A stretch of DNA of 64,000 bases from an uncultured Verrucomicrobiae bacterium (GCA_963718565.1 OY970364.1:192001-256000); one strand, 5' to 3'; positions 1 to 9,991 are shown, numbered from the stretch's first letter. Numbers and translations are program-made. The notes: generated by a model not told the origin, from the sequence alone.

Positions 1-310
1 ATCATAAACGGACGACTCGCTAATTCTTAAAATCGCCGCTATTTCCCCTGGACTGTGGCAATCATCCCTACCTAAAATGACGCATACACGGTTCCGTTCG
101 TTGACATCTCTTGTTTTTTTTACAAGCTGTTCTAAATATAAACGCTGCTCATTGGACAACTTTTGCATAGAAGCATTATCCACTATCGCTGAAATATTTT
201 TTAGGGAAATTTAAAATTTTACAGAATCCAATCATGAATAGTATATATGATCAGGTTTGATCAAGTTTTGAAGAGCGGAAGAATTTTCAACAACAGGATA
301 TCTGATTAAG

Positions 311-499
311 TTGCCTGTGGATGGAGCCTTTTTTGAGATATCAGATTCCCCCTGGATACGTGAATTTGGACAAGAACGATCTAGAATTTTAGATAAGTGC
401 AAGCATTATGTCCTTCGGTTTTACGATGAAACAATAGAAATTATTGCCCAAGATTTTGTGTTTGAGCAATTGAAAGAAAAGCCGCTAATTAACTGCTAG
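311..499 (+). CDS. short hypothetical ORF, probably a C-terminal gene fragment
   Basis: TTG start; protein-like composition (SPW...HY...YDETIEIIA), loosely like small proteins of toxin/immunity loci; no confident family. Confidence 0.35.
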   Translation: MPVDGAFFEISDSPWIREFGQERSRILDKCKHYVLRFYDETIEIIAQDFVFEQLKEKPLINC

Positions 500-553
500 G
501 GCATTGAAATTTTCTAGAAAAAAGAGAGGATTCTTTTTAATTAAGGTAAATAA

Positions 554-704
554 ATGAATGCCGATATTTACATCAAAGTGAGATTCAAGACAAGCGAGGA
601 AGGCGGCCGTAAAACGTCTGTGAAACGCAAAACTCCGCTCGGGCCAGATTTTTATGGCTGTCCATTGATGGTTGATGGCAAAGCATATGACTGTCGCTTA
701 CTAA
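554..704 (+). pseudogene. small protein with EF-Tu domain-III-like motif (EEGGRKT), truncated by IS701-like insertion
   Basis: ORF runs into the IS terminal repeat CTCACCTTACGCAAA at 705; later residues are IS-derived. Confidence 0.5.
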
Positions 705-861
705 CTCACCTTACGCAAATCGGTAAAAATTTCTTGACAAGGCCTGTCTTTTTTTCGTAGTCTTGTTCAATTTTTTGGAGAAAAAATGAACAGACTACTC
801 GATATCTATTCGGATTACTTGATTGCTCAGAATCAATATGCAACAGCAGTTGGTCTCTCAG
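705..861 (+). mobile_element. 5' fragment of IS701-like element, interrupted by an IS3
   Basis: Matches the first 157 bp of the copy at 6730, including transposase start ATGAACAGACTACTC; match ends at 861. Confidence 0.9.
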
Positions 862-1264
862 TGCGCTGCCGACAAAAAGTTGGACAGAAAATCGAGGGGA
901 ATAAGTAACTCTCTGTGTTAAGTCTTTCTCTATAAGCCATTCTGCAGCTCATATTCGCTGCATATTATTCTAAGGTTATATTTCCTACAATCTCTTTTTT
1001 TCTTTTCTTCTTTTTTCTCCAGTGAGAACTTTCCTGTTTTCGGGGGTGCGGGGGCGAAGCCCCGACCCTCCTCTTATTCTGAAAAACAGACCTTATAATG
1101 CCCAAACTGAGGTGGATGGGGTAGGGGCCCCATCCGCCGAAGGCGGGAGCAGGGGGGACGGTAGTCCCCCGACAAGCCTTTCCCAAATAAGCCGGACAGG
1201 CTTCTTGAAAAGCCCTCGGAATGCTTGGCATATACGTACACAAACGTTCTTGGATTTTCAACTT

Positions 1265-2152
1265 TCATTTTTTTGCTTTTTTGACTTCGAATCCTTTGTA
1301 CTCTCCTTTTGAATATTTGGGTTTGATTCCATGATAAATTTCATTGGGTGTCGCATACAATAAGGCCTGATGCGGTCTACTGCAATTGAAATGCTCGATA
1401 TACTCATCAACCCCAGCACGCAGTGCTCTTACTGTTTCATAACGATGTAAATATATTTTTTCGTATTTCAGAGACCACCAACCTCTCTCTTGATAGACGT
1501 TGTCAATGCACCTGCCCTTGCCGTCCATGCTGATCTTGATACCTCGTTGCCGCAATAATTCTAGAAACGCGGTGCTTGTAAATTGAGACCCTTGATCCGT
1601 GTTAAAATATTCTGGACACGTTTTCTGTAAGGCTATTTCTAGTGCTGCAAGACAAAAATCCACAGTTATAGTGTTCGAGAGCTCCTGAGCAAGCACGTAT
1701 CTGCTAAACCAATCGGTCACTGTAATCAGATAGACAAAACCGTTAGCCAATGGGAGAAATGTTATATCGGCACTGAAAACCTGGTTAGGAGTTCCAATCC
1801 ACAAACCATTTAATAAATAGGGATAGTGCGGGTGTGATGCGGAGGGTTTGCTGAGGTTTTTTCTGGGAAGAACAGATAAAAACCCCATTTTTCTCCATAA
1901 CCTCTCAATCCTTTTTTCATTCACGTTAAATCCCTCACGCCTTAAATCGGCATGTATTTTTCTATAACCATATTCGGGTTGCGCATAATGCAATTCTTCT
2001 ATTTTCTGCATAAGAGCAAGGGTTTCTTCTGACTCTACTATAGGAGCATAGTAATAACTAGATCGAGGGAGGCCCAACGCTTCACATTGAGCCTCGACAG
2101 ACAACATGGGATGTTCAGGTTCAATCAACCTGCGTTTCTCAAGAGTTGTCAA
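1265..2152 (-). CDS. IS3-family transposase OrfB
   Basis: YGYRKI, ADITF, NTDQGSQF, GRCIDNVYQER, RPHQAL motifs. Confidence 0.93.
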   Translation of the reverse strand: MTTLEKRRLIEPEHPMLSVEAQCEALGLPRSSYYYAPIVESEETLALMQKIEELHYAQPEYGYRKIHADLRREGFNVNEKRIERLWRKMGFLSVLPRKNLSKPSASHPHYPYLLNGLWIGTPNQVFSADITFLPLANGFVYLITVTDWFSRYVLAQELSNTITVDFCLAALEIALQKTCPEYFNTDQGSQFTSTAFLELLRQRGIKISMDGKGRCIDNVYQERGWWSLKYEKIYLHRYETVRALRAGVDEYIEHFNCSRPHQALLYATPNEIYHGIKPKYSKGEYKGFEVKKAKK

Positions 2153-2351
2153 CCCCGGTTTTTTTTTTCAAAAATTCGAGCTGAGACTGAAGCCTGCCTA
2201 TTTGGGCATAAAGCGCCTCAATGTCTATATCTGGGGCCGATTTTTTTTTACGCCTATCTTCAAACAGCCGCGAGATGCCTTGAACTGCTTGACTTTTCCA
2301 TTTGGTGATTTGTGCTGGATGTATTTTGAATTGTTGGGCCAAGTCTGATAG
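2139..2351 (-). pseudogene. IS3 OrfA, N-terminally truncated
   Basis: LAQQFKIHPAQITKWK...LYAQIGRL...FLKKK; the MGTII start in the ORF track comes from the neighbouring IS end. Confidence 0.8.
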
Positions 2352-2416
2352 TATAATGGTCCCCAAAATTTAGACCACTGTCTAAGCTAATATCCTCCCA
2401 ATGCGAGGAGGCCAAA

Positions 2417-2707
2417 ATGGCCAAAACAAAAAAACAATATTCACCGGAGTTCAAGCTCAAAGTAGTACTAGAAGTGCTCAAGGGTGAGAAGACAGCAACC
2501 CAACTCGCTGGCGAGTTGGGGGTACATCCCGTAGTTCTGTCGGAATGGAAAAAACAATTTATTGAGGCAGGACCTCAGATTTTTGTAAAGACCAGGAGGT
2601 CTAGGGATACAGCAGAGGGCAAAGAAAAGGCCGAACTGTTCGAACAGATTGGAAGACTCAAGATGGAGAACGAGTGGCTTAAAAAAAAATTGGGGGCTTT
2701 GACCTGA
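2417..2707 (+). CDS. IS3 OrfA (HTH)
   Basis: YSPEFKLKVVLEVLKGEKT...ENEWLKKK; GGAGG RBS. Confidence 0.92.
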   Translation: MAKTKKQYSPEFKLKVVLEVLKGEKTATQLAGELGVHPVVLSEWKKQFIEAGPQIFVKTRRSRDTAEGKEKAELFEQIGRLKMENEWLKKKLGALT

Positions 2708-2793
2708 ATGAAAAACGGGCACTCATTGAACCTCACGATATCAAATTTTCCCAAAGAGCACAGTGTAAGCTCCTCGGAGTATGTCGATCTGGA

Positions 2794-3528
2794 TTGTACT
2801 ACGAGCCACAGCAGCCTGGTGAAGAAGACTTGCGACTCATGTGCGCAATCGACAAACAGTACCTCGAAACCCCCTATTATGGGAGGCGTCGAATGACAGT
2901 GGCAATGAGAAAACTAGGATTTGTCGTGGGACAGAAAAAAGTGCGAACAGCGATGCAGGTGATGGGGATAGAGGCGATCTATCCAAAGCCGAACCTGAGC
3001 GCTGGGAATAAACAGCATAAAAAGTTCCCGTATTTACTGAGGGGCCTAATTGTTGATCGTTCCGATCAAGCTTGGGCAGCTGACATCACTTACATTCCAT
3101 TAACAAAAGGATTCGGATATCTGTTTGCAATCATAGACTGGTATAGTCGGTACGTGATTGAGTGGGAGCTCTCAAATCTGCTTGATACAGAATTTTGCAT
3201 GGAGGCATTGCAAAGGAGTCTTTGGCAAAAAAGACCTGAGATATTTAATACTGATCAAGGTGTGCAGTTTACGAGTAGTCAATTCACCGGGAAACTTGAA
3301 GAGAATGGGATTAAAATCAGTATGGACGGGAAGGGTCGAGCTCTTGATAACGTGTTTATTGAGAGGCTGTGGAGAAGCGTGAAGTATGAAGAAATTTACC
3401 CGAAAGGATACGAGAGCATGAAAGAGGTTCGATCGGGGCTGAAAAAGTACTTTGAGTTTTACAACAACAAGCGACCCCATCAGGGTCTCGATTATCGAAC
3501 CCCAGCAGAGGTGTATTATGGGACATAA
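2794..3528 (+). CDS. IS3 OrfB (DDE), likely made as an OrfAB fusion by -1 frameshift near 2681-2689
   Basis: WAADITYI, NTDQGVQF, GRALDNVFIERLWRSVKYE. Confidence 0.93.
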   Translation: MYYEPQQPGEEDLRLMCAIDKQYLETPYYGRRRMTVAMRKLGFVVGQKKVRTAMQVMGIEAIYPKPNLSAGNKQHKKFPYLLRGLIVDRSDQAWAADITYIPLTKGFGYLFAIIDWYSRYVIEWELSNLLDTEFCMEALQRSLWQKRPEIFNTDQGVQFTSSQFTGKLEENGIKISMDGKGRALDNVFIERLWRSVKYEEIYPKGYESMKEVRSGLKKYFEFYNNKRPHQGLDYRTPAEVYYGT

Positions 3529-3697
3529 GAAAAAGAAAGGGGCTTTGCCCCTTGAACCCCAGCAAAGGGCTGACTGCCCTTTGCAAACCCGTGGGCTTTT
3601 GTATAGGGCCCTGGGAGTTAGATTAAACAACAGAGGAGATTAGCTTAGATTTCTCGATTTTTGGTCTAGACAAAAGGAACCACTTTAAGGAGGAAGC

Positions 3698-5074
3698 TTG
3701 GCTTGGCGTCTCAATAACCCAGGTCTTTTACGATCCCATGATTCAATAGTTCAAAAAAATACAATCATAGGAACACATTCTCCATATGCAATTTTTCCAA
3801 CATCCGCCTCTGGTATGCAGGCACTACATATCTGGCTAAGGTCAAAATTTTCTGATGGGTTTCTTTTAGCTATTGCCAAGTATTATCATCCCGGCTGTCC
3901 AGAAACATGGCTAAAAAAGCTTTGTCAAATAGCCGACTTAAATTCAGAGTCCAGGTTAAAAGATTTATCAAATGATGCATTTCGTCGCTTAGTAAAAGCC
4001 ATTCACTTGCTCTGCGAATTTTCAGCTTCTTATGAAGGAAAGCTCCAGATTCTTCCTAAAATTTCAGCTAGGTATTATTCACGAGATAGAAAGGTAGAGT
4101 ACTATCTTGCTGGTTTTGAATATCTTTTGACAAAAGCTGACGCTATCTCATGGGTGGAAATGCATCGTTTAGATGCTGTAATTGTCCATAAAAGTAATGG
4201 TGTAGTTTATCTCAGATCACGCCCGGGCCACCACTTAGATCAGATACGATTTTCAGAAGAGGCTTATGGAAAAGAAACTGGATTTAAAGATGCTCTTAGA
4301 GATGTTGGAAAAAAAACAGAGGGACAATGCATTTGGGGGTATATCAATGGAATCTGGAATGATGATGATTATGCTATACAATCGGCTCAAATGATCTCTA
4401 AAATCGCTAAAGACGAACAAGTTTGGTCTTTGGTCAATAATACAAAATCCAAGTTGAAAGATCTAGTGGAGTGTGGTCATCAAAAATTGAGTCTGGATAC
4501 TGATATTGTGAAATTCGCCGCAAAATTTATGCAGCTTCTGCTTCAATTTTCACGCGAATCTTCTCGCAACCCAGATGTTATCGTTTTTGTTCATAGTCAG
4601 GGTGCGATAATTGCAGATCTAGCTCTTGATCTGCTGAGTCAAGAAGAGCGTAAAAAAATACGAATTTTTGCTTTTGGTGGTGGCTCTTTTATTTTTCCTG
4701 GTAAAAGTCATCCTGAATCGCACAATTATATTAGCATCGGAGACCTTGTTTCTCGAATAGGATCTCCCGAGCTTGCTCTATTAGCAATACGACTTCATGA
4801 AGAACAAAAAAAGAACCGTTCTCTCAAACAAGTGATTGATTTATTGGCTGATGAAGATGCAGATTATTATCTCGACACAACGGATCCAAAGATTGTGGAA
4901 ATCTTTCGTGAAAAGCGGAGAGAATTTTACAACGATAAGTTTAAGAAAATTACAAATGTCACGGTCTTAGAACAAAGCGATGACGCATTTTTAGGAACAT
5001 GGGAACATTCATTTCGTGTTCCCTGTTATCAATCTAAAGTAAAAGAAATTATCAATCGATGCCGCAATGATTAG
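3698..5074 (+). CDS. multidomain hypothetical: NNPG-motif N-terminus, DUF3892-like middle, alpha/beta-hydrolase (DUF687-like) C-terminus; probably 5'-truncated by IS3
   Basis: WRLNNPGLLR; NGVVYLRSRP; YINGIWN and VHSQG nucleophile elbow; TTG start 10 bp after IS end. Confidence 0.55.
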   Translation: MAWRLNNPGLLRSHDSIVQKNTIIGTHSPYAIFPTSASGMQALHIWLRSKFSDGFLLAIAKYYHPGCPETWLKKLCQIADLNSESRLKDLSNDAFRRLVKAIHLLCEFSASYEGKLQILPKISARYYSRDRKVEYYLAGFEYLLTKADAISWVEMHRLDAVIVHKSNGVVYLRSRPGHHLDQIRFSEEAYGKETGFKDALRDVGKKTEGQCIWGYINGIWNDDDYAIQSAQMISKIAKDEQVWSLVNNTKSKLKDLVECGHQKLSLDTDIVKFAAKFMQLLLQFSRESSRNPDVIVFVHSQGAIIADLALDLLSQEERKKIRIFAFGGGSFIFPGKSHPESHNYISIGDLVSRIGSPELALLAIRLHEEQKKNRSLKQVIDLLADEDADYYLDTTDPKIVEIFREKRREFYNDKFKKITNVTVLEQSDDAFLGTWEHSFRVPCYQSKVKEIINRCRND

Positions 5075-5591
5075 ACTTCTTAAGTTTTTTCTAAAATCTT
5101 GCATCCTTGCATTTGTTTTTTTTGTTGCGATTGATTATTTTTTTCTGCGCGAAAAGAAAGTCGATTTAAGCGATAAGACAGATTTTAAAAAATTGATAGG
5201 GGCAACATTTGAAATGAAACAAGATACTTTTCTCTATAAGCAATATGAGGATCAAAATTTCCATTTAGGAATTTCTCAAGAAAAAACATGGCTTCCTGAG
5301 AACACGGAAGAGTATCTCAATGATTTGAAAAGAGGGGAATCTACGCCTAACTATGTTTGGCATCAGGAAAGATTTCAAGCTATTCATCTATTACCACCAG
5401 GAACACAATTCAGAATAACTGGAATTTTTCGATTTGAAAAGCCTTTAGTTGGAGATTATTTAGCCATTGAGATAGTAATCCTAAATGGCCCATATGAAGG
5501 TCGTCATGCGCAAGCACAAGGGCTATTTAACTATAATGTAGAGCCTTATGAAGTGATTGGACCTAATGCATCGCTCTATCAGGTGATATGA
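5067..5591 (+). CDS. hypothetical membrane-anchored or exported protein
   Basis: N-terminal hydrophobic helix; start overlaps upstream stop. Confidence 0.7.
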   Translation: MIRLLKFFLKSCILAFVFFVAIDYFFLREKKVDLSDKTDFKKLIGATFEMKQDTFLYKQYEDQNFHLGISQEKTWLPENTEEYLNDLKRGESTPNYVWHQERFQAIHLLPPGTQFRITGIFRFEKPLVGDYLAIEIVILNGPYEGRHAQAQGLFNYNVEPYEVIGPNASLYQVI

Positions 5592-5621
5592 AGAGAACTT
5601 TCATGGCTTTGCTTGCCTTAT

Positions 5622-6656
5622 TTATTTTTCTAAATTATTAGTTTTCATTGGGTTTTTTATCAGAGCAGCCTTTTCGAACTCTTTAATTGTCTCAAGGAAA
5701 TGTTGTTCTACCAAAGAAGGGCCATCAAGAACTTGCTGCTGATACTTAGTATATTCAACCCTGGCTTTATCAAGAGCTTCTTCATGACTTATTTTTCCAG
5801 CATGGGAGAGGATATCACGAGAAGCTGTCTTTAAAAAGTCATCAAGTTTGGCAATCCAATCTTTCATGGACATGGGATTGCGACTTAAAGCTTGCAATTC
5901 AGCGAAATCCAAATAGAGAGATACGATTAGGTTGAGAACTTTTAACTCTTCTTCATTGAGGTAGTTTTTTGCAATTTCAGCGTCAGTTTGTCTTGGTTTT
6001 TTCCCTGACCAAGAAGTGAGACCCATGTTTGTTTTCCCAGCATTTGCGCGCGAGTAAATAATTTCTGCGGCTGTATGACCATGAGCTGCCCAGTGCATTT
6101 TGTTTTGAACCACTGCGAAAAACTGCTTTGAGCTTTCTGTTTTTGGGTCGTAATCAATGCTTGTGGCATAGATATCGAGGATCTTGCGCCAGAATACTTT
6201 TTCAGAGGAACGTATGTCTCTGATTCTGGCCAAAAGTTCACTGAAATAGTTTCCGCCTCCGCTTCGCTTAAGTCGTTCGTCATCAAGGGCAAATCCTTTA
6301 ATCAAAAATTCTTTTAATCTATTGGTAGCCCAGATCCGGAACTGAGTACCTCTATGCGAACTGACCCTATATCCCACTGAGATGATCACATCCAAATTGT
6401 AGTGCATCACCTGGTAATTTTTGCCATCTGCGGCAGTATGCCGGAATTTCCGGCATACTGAATTTTCTTCTAACTCTTTTTCTGTAAATATGTTTTGTAT
6501 GTGTTCGGCTACTGTCCTTCGATCTTTATCAAATAATTCACTTAGCTGTGCCTGGTTCAACCAAACGGTTTCATCTTGTAGGCGTACTTCGATTTTGGTT
6601 TGGCCATCCTCTGTCTGATAGAGCAGTAGAGAGCTGTCTGTGGGGATCGTATCCAT
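5622..6656 (-). CDS. RhuM-family (virulence RhuM) protein
   Basis: ETVWLNQAQLSELF, YNLDVIISVGYRV, GTQFRIWAT, IRDIRSSEKVF, AKNYLNEEEL. Confidence 0.9.
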   Translation of the reverse strand: MDTIPTDSSLLLYQTEDGQTKIEVRLQDETVWLNQAQLSELFDKDRRTVAEHIQNIFTEKELEENSVCRKFRHTAADGKNYQVMHYNLDVIISVGYRVSSHRGTQFRIWATNRLKEFLIKGFALDDERLKRSGGGNYFSELLARIRDIRSSEKVFWRKILDIYATSIDYDPKTESSKQFFAVVQNKMHWAAHGHTAAEIIYSRANAGKTNMGLTSWSGKKPRQTDAEIAKNYLNEEELKVLNLIVSLYLDFAELQALSRNPMSMKDWIAKLDDFLKTASRDILSHAGKISHEEALDKARVEYTKYQQQVLDGPSLVEQHFLETIKEFEKAALIKNPMKTNNLEK

Positions 6657-6729
6657 CTTTTCCTTTGAGAAGCTATTTCGGTTAAGCGGTTAGCATAGCT
6701 GTAAGTAGAAAAAATTTCTATCTTTACAA

Positions 6730-7908
6730 CTCACCTTACGCAAATCGGTAAAAATTTCTTGACAAGGCCTGTCTTTTTTTCGTAGTCTTGTTCAATTTTT
6801 TGGAGAAAAAATGAACAGACTACTCGATATCTATTCGGATTACTTGATTGCTCAGAATCAATATGCAACAGCAGTTGGTCTCTCAGATCTCTTAGAAGGC
6901 CGGATTAGTCATGACAAAATTACTAGATTTTTGAACAGCAATGAATTTTCATCCAAAGAGCTATGGGAATACATCAAGCAGGAAATTCGCAAGATTGAAC
7001 AAGATGTAGGAGGAGTGCTTATTTTTGATGACACGATTGAAGAGAAGACCTACACGGACGAAAATGAGATTATTTGTTGGCATTACTCGCATGCCAAGGG
7101 AAGATGTGTGAAGGGGGTCAACCTTTTATCATGTCTTGCTCGCTACGGAGATATTGCCTTACCCATTGCTTATGAGCCTATTTATAAAGACGTGCTTTTT
7201 TGTGATGTCGCCAGCAAAAAAGTAAAAAGACAGTCTTCAGTCAGTAAAAATCAAATGTTTCGATCTATGATTGCCCAAGCTGTAACCAATAAGGTTAAAT
7301 TTGACTATATATTGTCTGATAATTGGTTCGGAGCGAAAAAAAATATGGAGTTTATTCATTATGATATGAAAAAGAAGTTTGTAATTGGGATCAAAGCTAA
7401 TCGATTGGTCGCTCTTTCTGAAGAGGACAGAAAAAATGGTCAGTACCAAAATCTAAATGCATTACCACTCAAGGATGGAGAAAAAAGAATAGTCTGGCTA
7501 AAAGACATGTCTTTTTCTGTAGCACTCATTACAAAGATCTTCAAAAACGAAGACGGCTCTACAGGCACTCTATACCTTGTTACAAATGACTTAGAAAGTA
7601 GTGCTGACCGAATCTACGAAATCTACCAAAAACGGTGGCGCATAGAAGAATATCACAAATCGATCAAGCAGAACGCTAGCCTTGAGAAATCGCCGACTAA
7701 GGTTCTGCGCTCTCAAAAGAACCATATTTTTGCATCAATCATCGCTTATTGCAAGTTGGAATTTCTCCGAACTCAAACTTTTTTGAATCATTTTGCTCTG
7801 AAATATCAATTACTGATGAAGGCAAATCGAATGGCATTTTTAGAACTTGAACGGCTGCGGTTCAGAACTGGTTGCGATATGGTTGGAGCCCATTTTGCGT
7901 AAGGTGAG
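6730..7908 (+). mobile_element. IS701-like element, full copy (1179 bp)
   Basis: 15-bp IR CTCACCTTACGCAAA/TTTGCGTAAGGTGAG; flanking direct repeat TTTACAA. Confidence 0.92.
6811..7902 (+). CDS. IS701-like DDE transposase
   Basis: SHDKITRFL, IFDDTIEEK, LSDNWF, YQKRWRIEEYHKSIKQ. Confidence 0.9.
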   Translation: MNRLLDIYSDYLIAQNQYATAVGLSDLLEGRISHDKITRFLNSNEFSSKELWEYIKQEIRKIEQDVGGVLIFDDTIEEKTYTDENEIICWHYSHAKGRCVKGVNLLSCLARYGDIALPIAYEPIYKDVLFCDVASKKVKRQSSVSKNQMFRSMIAQAVTNKVKFDYILSDNWFGAKKNMEFIHYDMKKKFVIGIKANRLVALSEEDRKNGQYQNLNALPLKDGEKRIVWLKDMSFSVALITKIFKNEDGSTGTLYLVTNDLESSADRIYEIYQKRWRIEEYHKSIKQNASLEKSPTKVLRSQKNHIFASIIAYCKLEFLRTQTFLNHFALKYQLLMKANRMAFLELERLRFRTGCDMVGAHFA

Positions 7909-7939
7909 TTTACAAATTGCAGGTTCGTATGCTTGGTGG

Positions 7940-8070
7940 GATGAAGTGTGATATTGCAACCTTTTTTCGGACTCTCTTGCTTAACGTCCGTAAGCTCCTT
8001 CCTCAACCTGGTCAACTCTTCATTACACGGCATTAAGGATCCGGAACCTGGAAAGCTTTTCTCACCATTT
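7940..8070 (-). pseudogene. decayed IS3 orfA remnant
   Basis: Minus strand reads KAFPGSGSLMPCNEELTRLRKELTDVKQE, typical of an IS3 OrfA C-terminus; no orfB follows. Confidence 0.55.
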
Positions 8071-8159
8071 GGGATGGGCTTGAGAAAAATCCAAGACGAC
8101 GTAAAACGACTTGAAAAATTCTTTGCAAAAAATCTCCAAGGAGATTAACATCCACTCTG

Positions 8160-8240
8160 AATGACGCGGGGTGCTGGAATTTTTCCTGGCTGAGAAAGAC
8201 CCGTTGAACTTGATCTGGATAATGCCAGCGCAAGGACGTC
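8160..8240 (+). promoter_or_regulatory. TPP riboswitch
   Basis: GGGGTGC...GCTGAGA...ACCCGTTGAACTTGATCTGGATAATGCCAGCGCAAGGA consensus, upstream of thi operon. Confidence 0.93.
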
Positions 8241-8285
8241 TGAACCTTCGTCATTTTTTATTCTTTTTTAACAAAGGATTTTTTT

Positions 8286-9224
8286 ATGACGAAGAAGATT
8301 CGCACTAATTTCCTCCTCAATTGGTACGCAAATCCCTACCACACCCCTCTTTTTGTGGCCCAAGCTCTTGGTTACTATGAGCAAGAAGGGATAAAACTTG
8401 CTCTGTTCGAACCGACAGATCCAAGTGACGTCACTGAAGCAGTCGGTGTTGGCGCGATGGATCTTGGACTCAAGGCAATGATTCATACATTGGCCGGGAG
8501 AACTAAAGGATTTCCCATCGTTTCTATCGGAACGCTTCTCGATGAACCACCTACAGGATTTTTAGCTTTGAAATCGAGCGGAATCAGCTCGTTCCAGGAC
8601 ATTGTCGGGAAACGGATTGGCTATATCGGCGAGTTCGGGAAGATCATCCTAGACGATCTTGCTCGTTTGGCGGGGATTGATCCCAATAGCTACGAGACAG
8701 TCCGGGTCGGAATGAATGTAACTGATGCCATTCTAAACGGAAAGATCGACGCTGGTATTGGCTTCATCAATTTTCAAAAGGTGGAGCTGGAATACTTACG
8801 CGGGGAAACGATCTTTCTTAGAATCGATCAGTTAGCGGGACTGGGGTGCTGTTGCTTCTGTTCGATCCAGTGCATTGTCAACGAAGCGTTTCTAGAGGCA
8901 AATCCTGAGGTAATTAAGGGCTTTCTCAATGCTACAACACGCGGAGCCGCTTTTACTGTTGAAGAGCCGGATAAGGCATTTGAGATATTCTGCAATGCGA
9001 AGCCGGCGATGCGGACAGAACTCCACAAGACCATTTTTATCAGGACTCTTCCTTATTTTTCGCGCAACCTCCTCAATGTGGATCGCGATTGGAATAAGGT
9101 GAACCGCTACTCAAAGCATCTCGGCATCATCCCTGATTCGTTTGATCTCAAAAAGGTCTATACTAATGATTATTTCCCGGAGATGCCCTATTCCGATCAG
9201 AAACCAATCGCCTGCTGTATCTAA
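8286..9224 (+). CDS. thi5: THI5/NMT1-type HMP-phosphate synthase
   Basis: GLKAMIH (PLP Lys, substrate His) and GCCCFCS motifs, which mark THI5 rather than ThiY; no signal peptide. Confidence 0.88.
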   Translation: MTKKIRTNFLLNWYANPYHTPLFVAQALGYYEQEGIKLALFEPTDPSDVTEAVGVGAMDLGLKAMIHTLAGRTKGFPIVSIGTLLDEPPTGFLALKSSGISSFQDIVGKRIGYIGEFGKIILDDLARLAGIDPNSYETVRVGMNVTDAILNGKIDAGIGFINFQKVELEYLRGETIFLRIDQLAGLGCCCFCSIQCIVNEAFLEANPEVIKGFLNATTRGAAFTVEEPDKAFEIFCNAKPAMRTELHKTIFIRTLPYFSRNLLNVDRDWNKVNRYSKHLGIIPDSFDLKKVYTNDYFPEMPYSDQKPIACCI

Positions 9225-9991
9225 TGGAGTGCGTATTGACCATAGCCGGGTCGGATAGCGGCGCTGGTGCCGGCATTCAGGCCGATCTGAAGACATTTGC
9301 TGCTCTGAGCTGCTATGGAACTTCCGTGATTACGGCGATCACGGCACAAAATACTTGGGGCGTTTTCGGTATCCAAGCTGTTTCGAAAAAAATGGTTCGA
9401 GGGCAAATCGAAGCGATCTTGTCCGATTTTCCTGTTCGCGCTGTAAAAATCGGAATGGTGTGGCACTGCTCAACCATCGAAGTGGTTGGGGAGCTTCTCC
9501 CTCGATCGCTTCCTATTGTAATCGATCCGGTGATGGCGGCAAAAGGGGGGAGCACGCTTTTACAGCGAAAAAGTTTAGCTGCCATGAAAGAACTCTTTGC
9601 TCTTGCATGGGTCATTACCCCTAATCTCATCGAAGCTTCCATTCTCTTGGAGAGGCCAATTGTCTCGAAAAAAGAGATGGAAGTGGGAGCGGAAGATCTT
9701 CTCTCGCTAGGTTGCAAAGCAGTGTTGTTGAAGGGAGGCCATCTTAAAGGGACACGTGCTTCCGATGTGTTGATGATGAAAGAGAAGAAGCGATGGTACG
9801 AGGCCCCTCGCATCGTAACTTCCAATACACATGGAACTGGATGTACTTTTTCTTCTGCGATTGCAGCATACCTGGCCAAAGGGCAAGATCTTGAAGAAGC
9901 TGTCGATCTGGCTAAGAAATATCTCCAGGGCCGGCTGGAAGCATCCAAAACTCTGAAGATTGGAGGCGGTAATGGACCTCTTCGACACTGA
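9224..9991 (+). CDS. thiD: HMP/HMP-P kinase
   Basis: LTIAGSDSGAGAGIQADLKT, TPNLIEA, THGTGCTFS. Confidence 0.96.
   Translation: MECVLTIAGSDSGAGAGIQADLKTFAALSCYGTSVITAITAQNTWGVFGIQAVSKKMVRGQIEAILSDFPVRAVKIGMVWHCSTIEVVGELLPRSLPIVIDPVMAAKGGSTLLQRKSLAAMKELFALAWVITPNLIEASILLERPIVSKKEMEVGAEDLLSLGCKAVLLKGGHLKGTRASDVLMMKEKKRWYEAPRIVTSNTHGTGCTFSSAIAAYLAKGQDLEEAVDLAKKYLQGRLEASKTLKIGGGNGPLRH

Larger units (their letters stand above)
862..2351 (-). mobile_element. IS3-family element (type A), 5'-truncated by a second IS3
   Basis: IS3-like end TGCGCTGCCGACAAAAAGTTGGACA at 862; DDE orfB; orfA remnant; A-run slippery site near 2160. Confidence 0.85.
2352..3687 (+). mobile_element. IS3-family element (type B), copy 1, 1336 bp
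   Basis: Appears identical to 41471..42806; imperfect IRs TATAATGGTCCCC.../...GGAACCACTTTA; orfA/orfB with A9 slippery run. Confidence 0.95.

Noticed and set aside
965..1312. Short ORFs in the IS3-A tail
   Set aside because: They arise from GC-rich hairpin sequence and show no protein motifs
8286..9224. ThiY/SsuA ABC substrate-binding protein
   Set aside because: No signal peptide or ABC partners, and THI5 catalytic motifs are present
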